From the NCBI RefSeq assembly GCF_006345805.1, contig NC_043002.1, positions 14,322,001-14,386,000 on the forward strand: 64,000 nt of DNA, given 5' to 3'. This DNA comes from Octopus sinensis. Taxonomy: Eukaryota. The stretch's first letter is position 1. Each line of letters starts with the position of its first letter. The position numbers and the translations under genes were made by a program. This document shows, one piece after another, positions 25,734-38,645 of this stretch. The notes beneath the pieces were generated by a model, which saw nothing but the letters and a program-made list of their open reading frames with translations, was not told where the DNA came from and ran no database searches.

Positions 25734-26338
25734 AGCTAAACTGACCGCTGACAGCTAAACTGACCGCTGACAGCTAAACTGACCGCTGACAGCTAAACTG
25801 ACCGCTGACAGCTAAACTGACCGCTGACAGCTAAACTGACCGCTGACAGCTAAACTGACCGCTGACAGCTAAACGGACCGCTGACAGCTAAACGGACCGC
25901 TGACAGCTAAACTGACCGCTGACAGCTAAACTGACCGCTGACAGCTAAACTGACCGCTGACAGCTAAACGGACCGCTGACAGCTAAACTGACCGCTGACA
26001 GCTAAACTGACCGCTGACAGCTAAACTGACCGCTGACAGCTAAACTGACCGCTGACAGCTAAACTGACCGCTGACAGCTAAACTGACCGCTGACAGCTAA
26101 ACTGACCGCTGACAGCTAAACTGACCGCTGACAGCTAAACGGACCGCTGACAGCTAAACGGACCGCTGACAGCTAAACTGACCGCTGACAGCTAAACTGA
26201 CCGCTGACACCTAAACTGACCGCTGACAGCTAAACTGACCGCTGACAGCTAAACTGACCGCTGACAGCTAAACTGACCGCTGACAGCTAAACTGACCGCT
26301 GACAGCTAAACTGACCGCTGACAGCTAAACTGACCGCT
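25734..26338. repeat. 19-bp minisatellite AGCTAAACTGACCGCTGAC, about 32 copies
   Basis: 605 bp / 19 = 31.8 units; only six variant units seen. Confidence 0.98.
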
Positions 26339-26361
26339 TGAATTTACATACACATATGCTT

Positions 26362-26575
26362 TTATGGGTTGTGAGCGTTTATTGAGCGAAAACTACTAAA
26401 GCTCCACGCGGCTCTGGCAGAGTGTCGTGGCGAACCCTGCTGTACACTCTTTCTTCTGTTGGCCTGCTCGCTTAGGCAGCGAGGTTGCGTCTATTGAAGG
26501 CTAAAACAATGCGAAGCGCATTGTGAACAGGGATGTGTAGCAACATCCGATAGCCTGGTCGGTCACGGTGATGTC
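26362..26575 (+). mobile_element. SINE family C-related fragment
   Basis: gtttattgagcgaaaactactaaagctccacgcggctctggcag matches the body at about 39800-39845; the 3' part differs. Confidence 0.65.
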
Positions 26576-27254
26576 TATACATATAAACACATTTATACAT
26601 ATATGTATACCATTATGTATATACTTATTTTGAGACACCTACGTGATCGTATTATTTTTACTCTTTTTATGATACAGCTGGAATTCAACGCTACCGTAGT
26701 AAATAATTATAACAAGCAAGAGTATATTTTTATTTTCTGTATATCTAATGATTACTGTTTCAGAAGAGCACAGTGCTAATTTCAAAACCTCTATTTCAGA
26801 AATAGACAATAGTTTTATCAGTAGAGTATATTATCTTTGTAGGTAATCAGTATAACTAATTACCAATTGTATATTTCAGGTGATGTGTAGGTAGATTGAA
26901 ACTTACTTGTTCTTTTTCATTTTCTTGTTTCGTTTTTCTCAGATATGAGGAATAAATATCTTGTTGTATGCCATAAATAAATAACTTCTGAAAGCATTAT
27001 ATATTGTTCTTAACATAAAAAATAGTTTTCAAATATTATGTATCTCATTTCGCAGTCTAATGAGAATCATACGAAATGAACTAAAGGAGAAATCAACATT
27101 AATGAATGCGTTTATATTGAGCTCTGATCCCGTATCTCAAAGCCGTTTCAATTTCCTGTAATAACACTTGCACTTCCTTTACTTGCTAATGAACAACATA
27201 ATGTATGTGGGTGTGAACAGAAATATACATATACAAATAAATATAAGCTTATGA

Positions 27255-27255
27255 C

Positions 27256-27312
<57 letters not shown>

Positions 27313-27323
27313 TATATATATAT

Positions 27324-27390
<67 letters not shown>

Positions 27391-27933
27391 GTATGCATAT
27401 ATACACTCACATATATATTTATATATTCTTATGTATATGTATATATATATATACACCTACCTGTCTGTCTATCTATCTATCTTTCTATCTATATATCTAT
27501 CTATCTATCTATATGCCTGTCTACCTATCTATCTATCTAATTATCTATATATCTATATATTTATCTATCTATCTATCTATCTATTTATCTATATATATAT
27601 ATATATATATATCTATCTTTCTATGTATCTGTGTATCTATCTACCTGTCTGTCTATGTGTATATCTATGCATGCGTGTTTATTAAGTATTATATAATCCC
27701 TTTGCAGCTGGTCTTTTGAAATCAAATCTACATTAACTATATATAATGAACGGATGTAAAAGACAATGCTGATGTTACAGCGATAGCGTTTTTTCGTTTT
27801 CAAAAGTTTGCTACATATTTTAAACAAATGTGATTTGGATAGCACAAAGAGAGTAGCAATGATATTTGTATACACCCACGTACACAAATATTTGCTTATA
27901 TTTGTATGTTTGTATATAAAGGTATTTACATAT

Positions 27934-27983
<50 letters not shown>

Positions 27984-28350
27984 TATATATGATAGATAGA
28001 TAGATAGATACATATACGCATATACATATAAACACATATATACGTATATATATATATTATATATTATGTACATAGATTCATACACATATACATATATACA
28101 TTACTAGTATATATATATGTGTATATATGTGCATATATACGTATGTGTGTCTCTCTATATATGTATTTATCTACATATATATATACATATCTATATATAC
28201 ACGTATATGCATATATATATATATAGTTATGTGTATATATATATATACATATATATGTATGTATATGTATATATATATACATATACATACACATAGGTAT
28301 ATATATATACATATATGTGTGTGTATGTGTATATATATACACACATACAG
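27255..28350. repeat. Large (TA)n/(CTAT)n/(TACA)n microsatellite field with a short unique spacer (~27680-27910)
   Basis: Direct sequence. Confidence 0.9.
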
Positions 28351-28711
28351 ATACATACAAGAATAAGTGTGTTGCTTTGTTTTTCTATAGTCATGAACAT
28401 GTAATTTAACGATATATTAACTTTATTAGATGACAAAACTTGATAGTATCGAATTAATATTACATTTAATTACAAATTTTAATTAAGTATCATGTTAAAC
28501 AATGTAAAAAAGGATTTTTTAATTAATCATTAAATTTAATCAAGATTTGTATATCAATTTATAGTGTTTGTCTTCAGAATTTAAAACAATGTGCTACGTC
28601 TAGTATTATTATAACACGACTATTTTACTTCTACATGTATTGCGACTATCAAGAGAAATCATAATAAATAACAACAGCAACTGGAACAGAAACAACATAA
28701 TTAGCAATAAC

Positions 28712-28840
28712 GGTGTGTGTGTTGAGAGGCTTGCTTCAAAACGACAAAATCATGGTTTCAGTCCCTGTGCGTTTCAATATGGGCAACATTCTCCCACCAT
28801 AGCCTTAGGCCAATACCTTGTACGTGGATTTAGCAATGGA
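28712..28840 (+). mobile_element. Old degenerate SINE family A, 5' part
   Basis: gcttgcttc...catggtttcagtccctgtgcg...gggcaac...ctatagcc...gccaataccttgtacgtggattt resembles family A. Confidence 0.55.
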
Positions 28841-28989
28841 AACTACTGTAATAAACTCCTACCCAATTCCATCCCTTACACCCTCTCCCATATACCCCAC
28901 CTCTACCCCAACCCTCTGCCTACCCACATACCCCACCTCTACCCTCACCCTCAGCCTAACCCACACCCCACCCATGCATTCCCCACTCA

Positions 28990-29223
28990 TACCTATTTCT
29001 TTACTACCCACAAGGGGCTAAACACAGAGAGGACAAACAAGGACAGACAAACGGACTAAGTCGATATATCGACCCCAGTGCGTAACTGGTACTTATTTAA
29101 TCGACCCCGGAAGGATGAAAAGCAAAGTCGACCTCGGCGGAATTTCATCTCAGAACGTAACGGTAGACGAAATACGGCTACGCATTTCGCCCGGCGTGCT
29201 AACGTTTCTGCCAGCTCGCCGCC
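28990..29223 (-). mobile_element. SINE family B
   Basis: Full head plus one unit. Confidence 0.9.
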
Positions 29224-29484
29224 ATCATACCACACCACACAACACCATACCACACAACACATCACACCACAACACACCACCACCCACACACCAGCACTGA
29301 CCAATTCCCATCCCCACATTTTAACACCTACACATACACACACGCACACGTCAAGATCACCAGCCCTCTTTCACACGCACATACGTACTCTGTTACACAC
29401 AGGCTCACCTTCTTTTCGGGATCACTACTACATTGTTATCGTCCCTACTTCTTAGCACTCCTGTGTGACTCTTCTGTCCGGCCT

Positions 29485-29700
29485 TCGCCATGATAGATCG
29501 CTAGCCACTACACACATTTTTTTCTCTCCTTGTTTCTCTCCTTGTTTCTTTCTGTGTTCCTTTCTGTGGAAGAACGTAGGCTCGAAACGTTAAAGGTTTT
29601 TACAATTCCCGAGCGTTATACTAATACATGTGTTTGTTTCTACACCACCTGTCTTCGTCTTTTGTTTATTTTCGTGAATTCTCCCTATATATATGTATAT
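29485..29700 (+). mobile_element. Penelope-like terminal-repeat remnant (family of 2555-2760)
   Basis: Aligns with 2555-2760 and contains the HHR-like motif below. Confidence 0.55.
29559..29596 (+). ncRNA. Minimal type I hammerhead-like motif with non-canonical U6
   Basis: Stem I CCTTT/AAAGG; core CTGTGGA; stem II GAAC-gtag-GCTC (one mismatch); GAAA; palindromic AACGTT; triplet GUU. Confidence 0.45.
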
Positions 29701-29852
29701 ATATATATATATTACGGAGATGTACTCGCATAGCAAGTAATTTGATCTGAGATCGTGTGCTGAAACGAAAACAATTGCAGCTTGGAAGGTGTTTATAAGC
29801 CATTTAAGAAACACACAAAAGCCGTTCGATTCACTTCAACATTTAAGTTTAA

Positions 29853-29902
29853 TTTGTCAAAATATTTTCGTCGCTAAAATCCGCGACCTGTTCACTGACA
29901 AA
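29853..29902 (-). ncRNA. Minimal type I hammerhead-like motif with compensatory G3:C8 core
   Basis: TTTGTCA-GTGAACA-g-GTCGC-ggatttta-GCGAC-GAAA-ATAT-T-T-TGACAAA: perfect 7-bp stem I, perfect 5-bp stem II, palindromic AATATT stem III. Confidence 0.6.
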
Positions 29903-29939
29903 AATCCGTGCTGCATTTGAGAAAGTAACAGTTAGTTCG

Positions 29940-30720
29940 TCATATATATGTACGTATGTATGTGTGTACGTATGCATACATGTGTGTATGTATGTACGTA
30001 TGCATGTACGTACATACGCCTGTGTATGCATGTATGTATGTATGTATGTATGTATATATGTATGTGTGTGTATATGCACGCACACACACTCTATAAACAT
30101 AAAGCTATAAACCTGTAGCGATGGATGGATGTAGAGTGGCCACTCATCACAATGCTATCAAATTTCAACTTCCTCCGGCCGGAGCTTGGAAGTGATTTAC
30201 GACGCTTACTCCCAAAACTATACCCTAAAACCTATTATCAGATCTTTATCTCTATATCACAGGACTTTTGTTTTACTATTGTGCGTATGTATGTATGTAT
30301 GTGCGTATGTATGTATGTAGTATGTATGTATGTATGTATGTATGTATGTATGTATGTGTGTATGTATGTAAGTATGTGTGTATGTACATACGTACGCATG
30401 TGCGTATGTATGTATACGCGCACGTATGCATGTGCCCATGTATGCGTGTGCGCACATGTACGTGCGTATGTACGTGTGTATGCCCATACGTATGTATGTA
30501 TGTATGTTTGTACTCATGTGCTACGTATGTATGTGAGTGTCTAGGAGAATGGGCAGACGTGTCTGTGAGAGTGTGTACATGTGTATGTGTATGTGAACGT
30601 ATGTCCGTGTACTGGCATGTGTCCGTCCAAGTTGTGTACATGACTGTTACTTTGTTGAAGGTTGTATACATATTCACATATATGTTTGTATAGTGCACAC
30701 ATATATATATATGTGTGGGT
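29940..30720. repeat. (TATG)n/(TG)n-rich low-complexity tract with a unique insert at about 30095-30280
   Basis: Direct sequence. Confidence 0.9.
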
Positions 30721-30924
30721 GTGTGTTTGTTCCTCTCATCATCGTCTAACCGTGAATGGATACAACGCCTAAGTACAACTGTACGTATCAAACAATGTAC
30801 GCTCATACCGTTATATATAACTGCACATACGCATTGAAACCTGTATGTAAGGACTACAGGTAAAAGAGAGAGAGAGAGAGAGGGGTGGTTATAGAATAGT
30901 CCTTCTGAATGGGATCTGAATGTT

Positions 30925-31110
30925 GCTTGACAACCGATGCTGGTGTGTTTACGTCCCCGTCACTTAGCGGTTCGGCAAAAAGAGACCGATAGAATAAGTA
31001 CTGGGCTTACAAAAAATAAGTCCCGGGGTCGAGTTGCTCGATTAAAGGCGGTGCTCCAGCATGGCCGCAGTCAAATGACTGAAACAAGTAAAAGAGTAAA
31101 GAGAGAGAGA
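30925..31110 (+). mobile_element. SINE family A, 3' half
   Basis: gcttgacaaccgatgctggtgtgtttacgtccccg...gaaacaagtaaaagagtaaa. Confidence 0.88.
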
Positions 31111-31997
31111 CATACATACACGTGTGTATATGCGTGTATGTGTGTATGTCTCTGTGTATGTGTTTGTCCGCCACTATCATAAAGTTTTGTTCCCCTTCCA
31201 CTACTATGTCAACCTCTTAATCCAATAATTACACAGAAGTTAAACATGAATTTACACAAGTTTGAGGGAACGACAGTATTACATGATATATGTGAATGAT
31301 TGTAAACGTATTTAGAGGCCATATTTCTAGATCTTTTCCAATTTGTGCTTACTAAAATTATTTTAGCATATTGCTATATTTAACGGAGACACTGACATGA
31401 ATTATAAAATAAAATTTAAATTTAAAATTCATTATTATCTATGGGATTTGATGAAACCTTAAAAATATAAGAATCAAACATCAAATCGCCAATTCAAATA
31501 TACCTCAAATTTGAACATTGTAATGTCTTATTTTTGAACTGAAAAAAATTGGGTTGCAACAGTACACAGCAGTGGTACCCGGTAGAATTTTACGTTTCCG
31601 ATAATATAATACTGAGAATAAAAGGCCATCGAAAATTTACGCAGAGGACGGGACTACTATTGAAATCCGCACTATAAAACCGACTTTGGACCTAATATGC
31701 AGAGATCGACTGTACACTAACAGTGTGGAAATTAATTGCTAGTAGACAAGTTACTTACTAGGAAATGTATTAACGATGTCATTAGAAATATTCACCTCCC
31801 AGATAAAGCAACATGTTGGCATTTTCAACAAGATAATCACAGAGACACTTCGCAGACGTTTCTGTTGTATTCACAGAATTAAGTCAAAATGTACACATGA
31901 GCGCCGTAAAAATAAACCAAACGGTATTTGTTAGAGGATCTTTAAAACAGAAGAAATATTTTTAAAAGTTCATCCTTTTTCGAAATAGAGTAACAAA

Positions 31998-32162
31998 TAG
32001 GCGCTGGAGTGGCTGTGTGGTACGTAGCTTGCTTACCAACTACATGGTTCCGGGATCAGTCCCACTGCGTGGCACCTTGGGCAAGTGTCTTCTACTATAG
32101 CCTCGGGCCAACCAAAGCCTTGTGAGTGGATTTGGTAGACGGAAACTGAAAGAAGCCCGTCG

Positions 32163-32193
<31 letters not shown>

Positions 32194-32420
32194 ATGTTTG
32201 TGTGTGTATATTTGTGTGTCTGTGTTGCCCCCCACCAACATCGCTTGACAACCAAATCTGCTGTGTTTATGTCCCCGTAACTTAACAGTTCAGCATAAGA
32301 GATCGATAGAATAAGTACTAGTCTTATAAAGAATAGGTCCTGGGGTCGATTTCTTTCCAATAAAGGCGGTGCTCCAGCATGGCCACAGTCAAATGACTGA
32401 AACAAGTAAAGAGTAAGAGT
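31998..32420 (+). mobile_element. SINE family A
   Basis: Full-length match. Confidence 0.9.
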
Positions 32421-32704
32421 ACTTATAGAAACGGTTTCTATTTATGTACATAAAGGTGACATCGATAGACATTTCTATTTATGGTATTGTATTTGACACC
32501 ATAGTGTCACGATGAATAAAGGACCATTCATTTGACCTTTAGATATTAAGAACTATTACCTCTGGTCTGCAAATAAATAACAGACGTCTGTTTATCTAAA
32601 CTTGCGAATATATCTGGAGACTAATTCTTAATCTCTTGCAAATTTATCTTGCTCAAAGTTTCCTAAAATTGTTTGGACAACTATGAGTGATATATACTTA
32701 CAGA

Positions 32705-33130
32705 CATACAGACACACGCATACACACACACGCATACACACACACGCATACACACACACGCACACGCATACACACACACACGCACGCATACACACACGCA
32801 CGCATACACACACGCACGCATACACACACGCACGCATACACACACACGCACACACATACACACACACGCACGCATACACACACACACACGCATACACACA
32901 CACACACGCATACACACACACACGCATACACACACACACACACGCACGCATACACACACACACGCATACACACACACGCACGCATACACACACACACACA
33001 CGCACACGCATACACACACGCACACGCATACACACACACGCACGCATACACACACACACACGCATACACACACACGCATACACACACACGCACGCATACA
33101 CACACACGCACGCATACACACACACACATC
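32705..33130. repeat. Complex (CA)n microsatellite with recurrent CGCATA interruptions
   Basis: Direct sequence. Confidence 0.95.
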
Positions 33131-33254
33131 GCACATACATACATATGTGTGTGTATGTATATACATGTATGTGCATGACAGTATAAGTATATATATATGT
33201 ATGACAGTATAAGTGTATATATATATATATATAAATATAAATATATATATATAT

Positions 33255-33435
33255 ATGTATATAATAAATATTAGGGAATGAATCCAAAACTACAGGGAAA
33301 AATCAGATTTAGGGTTAAATCCAATTTTATAGTAAAATATTATATAATATAATTCGAGACAAAACCACTATTTTAAAACCAAACAAGAAAAGACTTAATC
33401 AATACATAAAATTTTAATATAAATTAAACAATATA
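33255..33435 (-). mobile_element. Terminal fragment of the repeat family at 60123-60330
   Basis: ttagggaatgaatccaaaactacagggaaaaatcagattt...aaaaccactatt is the reverse complement of about 60200-60330. Confidence 0.7.
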
Positions 33436-33439
33436 TATA

Positions 33440-33672
33440 TGTATATATATATATATATACTCAGCTGTAGAAATGAGTTGCGACGTCACAGGTGCCAAGC
33501 TGTATCGACCTTTGTCTTTCCCTTGGATAACACTGGTGGCGTGGAGAGAGGAGGCTGGTATGCATGGGCGACTGCTGGTCTTCCATAAAACAACCTTGCC
33601 CAGACTTGTGCCTCAGAGGGTAAATCTCTAGGTGCAAACCCATGGTCACTCATGACCGAAGGGGGTCTTTAC

Positions 33673-33675
<3 letters not shown>
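33440..33675. mobile_element. SINE/LINE-tail-like repeat between TA tracts
   Basis: GC-richer island ending catggtcactcatgaccgaagggggtcttt, bounded by (TA)n. Family recognised only loosely. Confidence 0.4.
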
Positions 33676-33727
<52 letters not shown>

Positions 33728-33872
33728 TATATATACCGATGCAAACTTCTATACGAACGCAAACTGTGTCGATAGCCAGCTGGAAATGATGTTTCCTGGG
33801 GCTCAAACAATAGTAACATCGTCATTTCTAGGACTGCCACATTCTATTGGCATATAAACTTCACTCTCTCTC

Positions 33873-33920
<48 letters not shown>

Positions 33921-33923
33921 GTT

Positions 33924-33965
<42 letters not shown>

Positions 33966-34019
33966 CATATATACATACATATATACCCCTGTCTATTTAA
34001 GTTAAGAGATTTGTAAGAC

Positions 34020-35170
34020 GTTGATCAAATAGTACAATCCCTGCCGGTTAATTTTTCTGTTTCAGCACTCACGTTAAGTTGGAAGCCAGCAATCCTTTCC
34101 GGCTGATGCAATCAGCCAGTGCACCTCTGATATTCCTCTGCCAAGCTGTCGATTGCTTCTCTACCCTCAAAGGCATCGTAACCGTTACACACCAGCATAT
34201 GCAAAATACGGCCCTCCTGTGATCCACGTTAAAATAGCATGTACTTCCATGATTCTATTCTCTGCAGAATTACCTAAAGCAAAAAGGGGATGTACGAGAA
34301 GGCATCATGGACGAGCGAATATTCTATGCTGAAAAGTTCCGAAAGGTAATGGGTTAATCTGACCGTTGACCAGATACCATAGTACATTGTAGCGTTGCGG
34401 CCTCTGAAGAATGAAACGAAATTCACTGCTGTTAGAAAGACTGCCAGTTAGCGATGACCAAAACTACCAAAAGCTCCAGACTAATCTAAAATTATCAGTC
34501 TGGAAAAAAAACTGTTCTATTTCCGGCACGCTTACAATGAAGCCGAATCGTTGGATCTTGTCGAAAGGTGTGCCGGAATGGTACACGTTTGCGCTTCAAA
34601 GGATGCGCTACTAATGATAAACATCAACTTCTTGAAGAATTCTTTCATCACTTTTTAAATCTGGTTTGAACAGAATTATGGCTCTTAGTCTTACGTTTAT
34701 GAGGAACAGCTTCACCAGTCTCAGAAACCCTTTGGAAAGGCTTAAAAGCTTTAACTAGCTAGAGTAGACGACTGACTTCCAAGGCAGAAGTAAACAAGTC
34801 TGGTATGTGAAAATAGAGCTCCTTAGGCAGTCCATCAAATACCAGCGATAGGTGCATCGTGCAATGGCATCGTATTTCATTAACGCCTTCGTTGAACTCT
34901 GCTATTCAAAACACTCTGCCTTGCCGCTCCAAAGATGCGCTAAACTATAGAGGTAGGAACAAAATCTTCAGTCGTACTCCACTCAAAAACCGTTTCGCAA
35001 AGTGCTTCTTGGAACCGGAACTGATCTGTTTAGAATCCATAAGCCAGCACCCGTGGTCATGCTTCGTTTCCAACGTCGCGCCAATCGGACAACCTTAGCA
35101 TGAACAGCGCATTCTTGGTGTCGTGTTTCGCGTCAAAAATGTTGCTGGGGGACCATACACAACGCTAGCG
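34020..35170. mobile_element. Unclassified degenerate TE-like segment
   Basis: GC-richer block with broken reading frames (minus: HPLFALGNSAENRIMEVHAILTW; YDAFEGREAIDSLAEEY; HIPDLFTSALE). No confident family assignment. Confidence 0.35.
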
Positions 35171-36284
35171 TGTCACTTACGATAAACCATTTATGATTCA
35201 CTTTTAAGCAACTGTTTATTTCTGTAATCTATTATTTTTTCCTAATTTATATTGAATTGAACAGCTATGTTGAATCTAACATGACTCATCCCCTGCTGTT
35301 CCTGTTGACGCTTTTTCTCTTCCGATTAACTAAATCCGCTCATTGAACTGTTTCCACATTGGTAAGCATACGCGCAGCATCCGGTAATCAGGCAATTTCT
35401 CCATTGGTCAGAGAACAGGTCAGATCTTCAGTAATCCTCAGATTTTAAGAGATGACTATAAATGTTAAGTGTGTTACAAATATTCAAAATCCAAGCAACA
35501 CAGCACACATGGAATATAAATGTTACTGTTACCGCTTCGACTGCTTCTATAATGACGGTTTCATAAAACTATATTGTATTCAGTAGGAATTATCATAATA
35601 GAAACTTTGATAAAATGACGCATTATACTGAGATTTCTAAACGAAGACGCCTTTCTTGGCTACATGTATCGGCCTAATAATAGGTATTACATTGAGGAAG
35701 AAGAACGATTACGTGGAAGAATTCCCTGTTACCTTAAACTCAAAGAATCCCAATGTACAATTGTTATAATCATTAGTTTTGCTTATCATATGTATACTCT
35801 GGAAGTGAAGTTTTCCTACCATCGACAATATAATGAAATACACCATATATACATATATATTCTAATTAAAATTTCATTTTTATCAAATTTCTTGCTAATT
35901 ATATAAAATGATGAACAGACTATGAAGTTTTAAAAACAAAGGATGTTTATTACCTCATCTAATTAAGTAAATTTGTTATGCGTTTAACACCACCCGTTAC
36001 TGCCGTTTACACGATCCTGCTCTCCTTTCTTTCTTCTTTTCTTTCTTCTTAGTCTTCACCATCTCTTCCTCTTCTTCACGTCTTCTCCCCATCGTTTGCC
36101 TCTATAATCTTTTCACCCGGAGTGTATGTGTGTGTGTGTTTTTTTTGTGTGTGTGTGTGTGTGTGTAGTGTGTAGTGTCTCATACAGTATCTTCTCAAAG
36201 TCTATCATGTACCCCTTATTTGAACTCTCTACGTATATCTCTTTTACTCTCCCTTTCTCTCTGCAACCTCTCTATGTAATATAT

Positions 36285-36502
36285 ATTTCTTTATTGCCCA
36301 TAAGGGGCTAAACATAGTGGTGACAAACAACGACATATAGGGGGATTAAGTCGATTACATCGACCCCAGTGCGTAACTAGTACTTTATTTATCGACCCCG
36401 GAAGGATGAAAGGCAAAGTCGACCTCGGCAGAATTTGAACTCAGAACGTCACGGCAGACGAAATACGGCTACACATTTCGCCCGGAGTGCTAACGATTCT
36501 GT
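36285..36502 (-). mobile_element. SINE family B
   Basis: One unit plus partial head. Confidence 0.88.
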
Positions 36503-37100
36503 AATATAAAGCGTAATTGGAGATCCAACCAAACAACCAACCAACCAACCGACCGACCAGCCGACCAGCCGACCGAAAGACTAACAGAGCAATACTTATA
36601 TTAGCTTCTATTACATAGAGATAGCGATTAGTTTATAAGTGAGCCTGATGCATTAAATAGTATACATAGACGTCGCAGAGCCTCAGCCTATTTAGCCAGT
36701 AGCCTACTAAACTATTAATGTTGACCATATCAATGTCTATTTAGAGGAAAATAAATATGGAAGACATTTTAATTTAACTTTACTATTTAAACTAAAGATC
36801 CTTGAAAGCAAAAAGAGAAAATTATATTTTAATCGATATTGCATTATTTACATTCCTACCGCTAAACTGATATACAATACTGAGGAAACTTTGAAATTAA
36901 AGTCTGGAAGATTGCTACTGCTGTAACTTTCCTTATAATATATAGTGATATCACTATTTCCGATAGTATGATATCCTGACATCATAAGATCGTAAATGCC
37001 ATAAATATGATTGATATGACATACAGAGAGATACGAGTAACATGAATGACCTAACATATGTAATGACGATCGTGACTAATGGATTTTCTCTGTGCCTCTC

Positions 37101-37104
<4 letters not shown>

Positions 37105-37166
<62 letters not shown>

Positions 37167-37459
37167 TATATAACTGAAATCTATGCAACGTGAGTATATG
37201 TTGCATCACTATGTGAAATAGATGTATAGGTATGTATGTCTCACGGTGTGTGTAAATGTCTTGATATAATTCACCCCATATATACAATTATATACACATA
37301 AATATATATATACATATACAGGTATGTCTTTATTTTTATGGGAATAAATAACTGACACACACATACCCACACGTGCACACACATGCACATACACATATAT
37401 ACATATATATAAATTGCTTACATACAAACCCATATATACAATTATATAATATGAATATA

Positions 37460-37515
<56 letters not shown>

Positions 37516-37518
37516 CAT

Positions 37519-37599
<81 letters not shown>

Positions 37600-37640
37600 C
37601 ATATGTATGCGTGTATGTGTGTGCGCGTATGTGTATTTGA
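37105..37640. repeat. (TA)n/(CA)n microsatellite field
   Basis: Direct sequence. Confidence 0.9.
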
Positions 37641-38645
37641 GTGTGTATCGATAGGTATTCGTGTATTCGCCTGCAGACACATAACTATTCTGCCGGCATG
37701 TTAATAGGACAGTATATTTATGTATATTTTCTCTATTTGTCTGTTCGTATAAATGATTCCTCGTAAATATTCAAAGAATGCCAGATACAAGTCCGAAACA
37801 ATTTCTAAATTTGATTTCTACTTTATTTCGTGTATATAAAATAGGTGTTTGTTCAATTTCATATATATATATATATATATAATTCTTCACATAATGTTGG
37901 TTTAAAAATTTTCAACATGGCAACTGTCTCGTTGGATAAAGTTGCAATCGAAGCAAAAATGTCGCAGGCGTTTTGCTGCTACGAGTAAATGTTTGAAAAG
38001 AATAGGATTTCAAATTACTAGATTCATTAAGGTAATTAAATAAAACTATTTAATGTCAGCTTTTACGGGCAAATGTGCAAATGTACACGACTGAACGCCG
38101 TTCAATATCTGAGAGGAAGTCATCTAAACGAGAGATTAATTTCATTATATCACCTTGAGGCTAAGACATCAGAGGAATTAATGCAGCTAATCTGCCTAAG
38201 TAACATATCAAATATGCTTCCATGCTGCTTCTACCTGCTATAAGAGAATCTTCACGAAATTTTTGCAAGAATGGGTCTGTGTTTAAGAAGTCCTGTGCCG
38301 CTGCGTGTCACCTTGAGCAAGTGTATTTTATTACAAACCAGTGTAGGCTAATGACTTGTGAGTGAATACATTAGACTTAAGCAGTGAGGAAGCCCTGTCA
38401 GTTTACACACACACGCGCGCGCGCACATATAGAGATGTATGTTTGCATGTTGTGTATATGAATGTACATGTATGTATGTTGTATATTTATAAATGTGTGT
38501 GAGCGCGCGTAAGGGAGTGAATTAAACACAAATGTTTAAAATTTATGACAGAAATTTATCCCATGTAGTGACAGAAATTAACTTCATAATATGCAATTCG
38601 CCATTGTCAGGTAAAATTTTAAACATACCTACCATTCATATATAT

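Noticed and set aside
25734-26338. CRISPR array
   Set aside because: Contiguous 19-bp units with no unique spacers, no cas genes, and a eukaryotic context.
27148-33287. Long ORFs rich in YI, CV, HT and MY repeats (also at 2287-2636, 37209-37682, 50162-50851, 61791-62151)
   Set aside because: They are translations of microsatellites that happen to lack stop codons; no coding signal.
38532-38645. N-terminal part of the 248-aa ORF as a genuine RTE start
   Set aside because: AT-rich flanking DNA read in frame with a 5'-truncated LINE.
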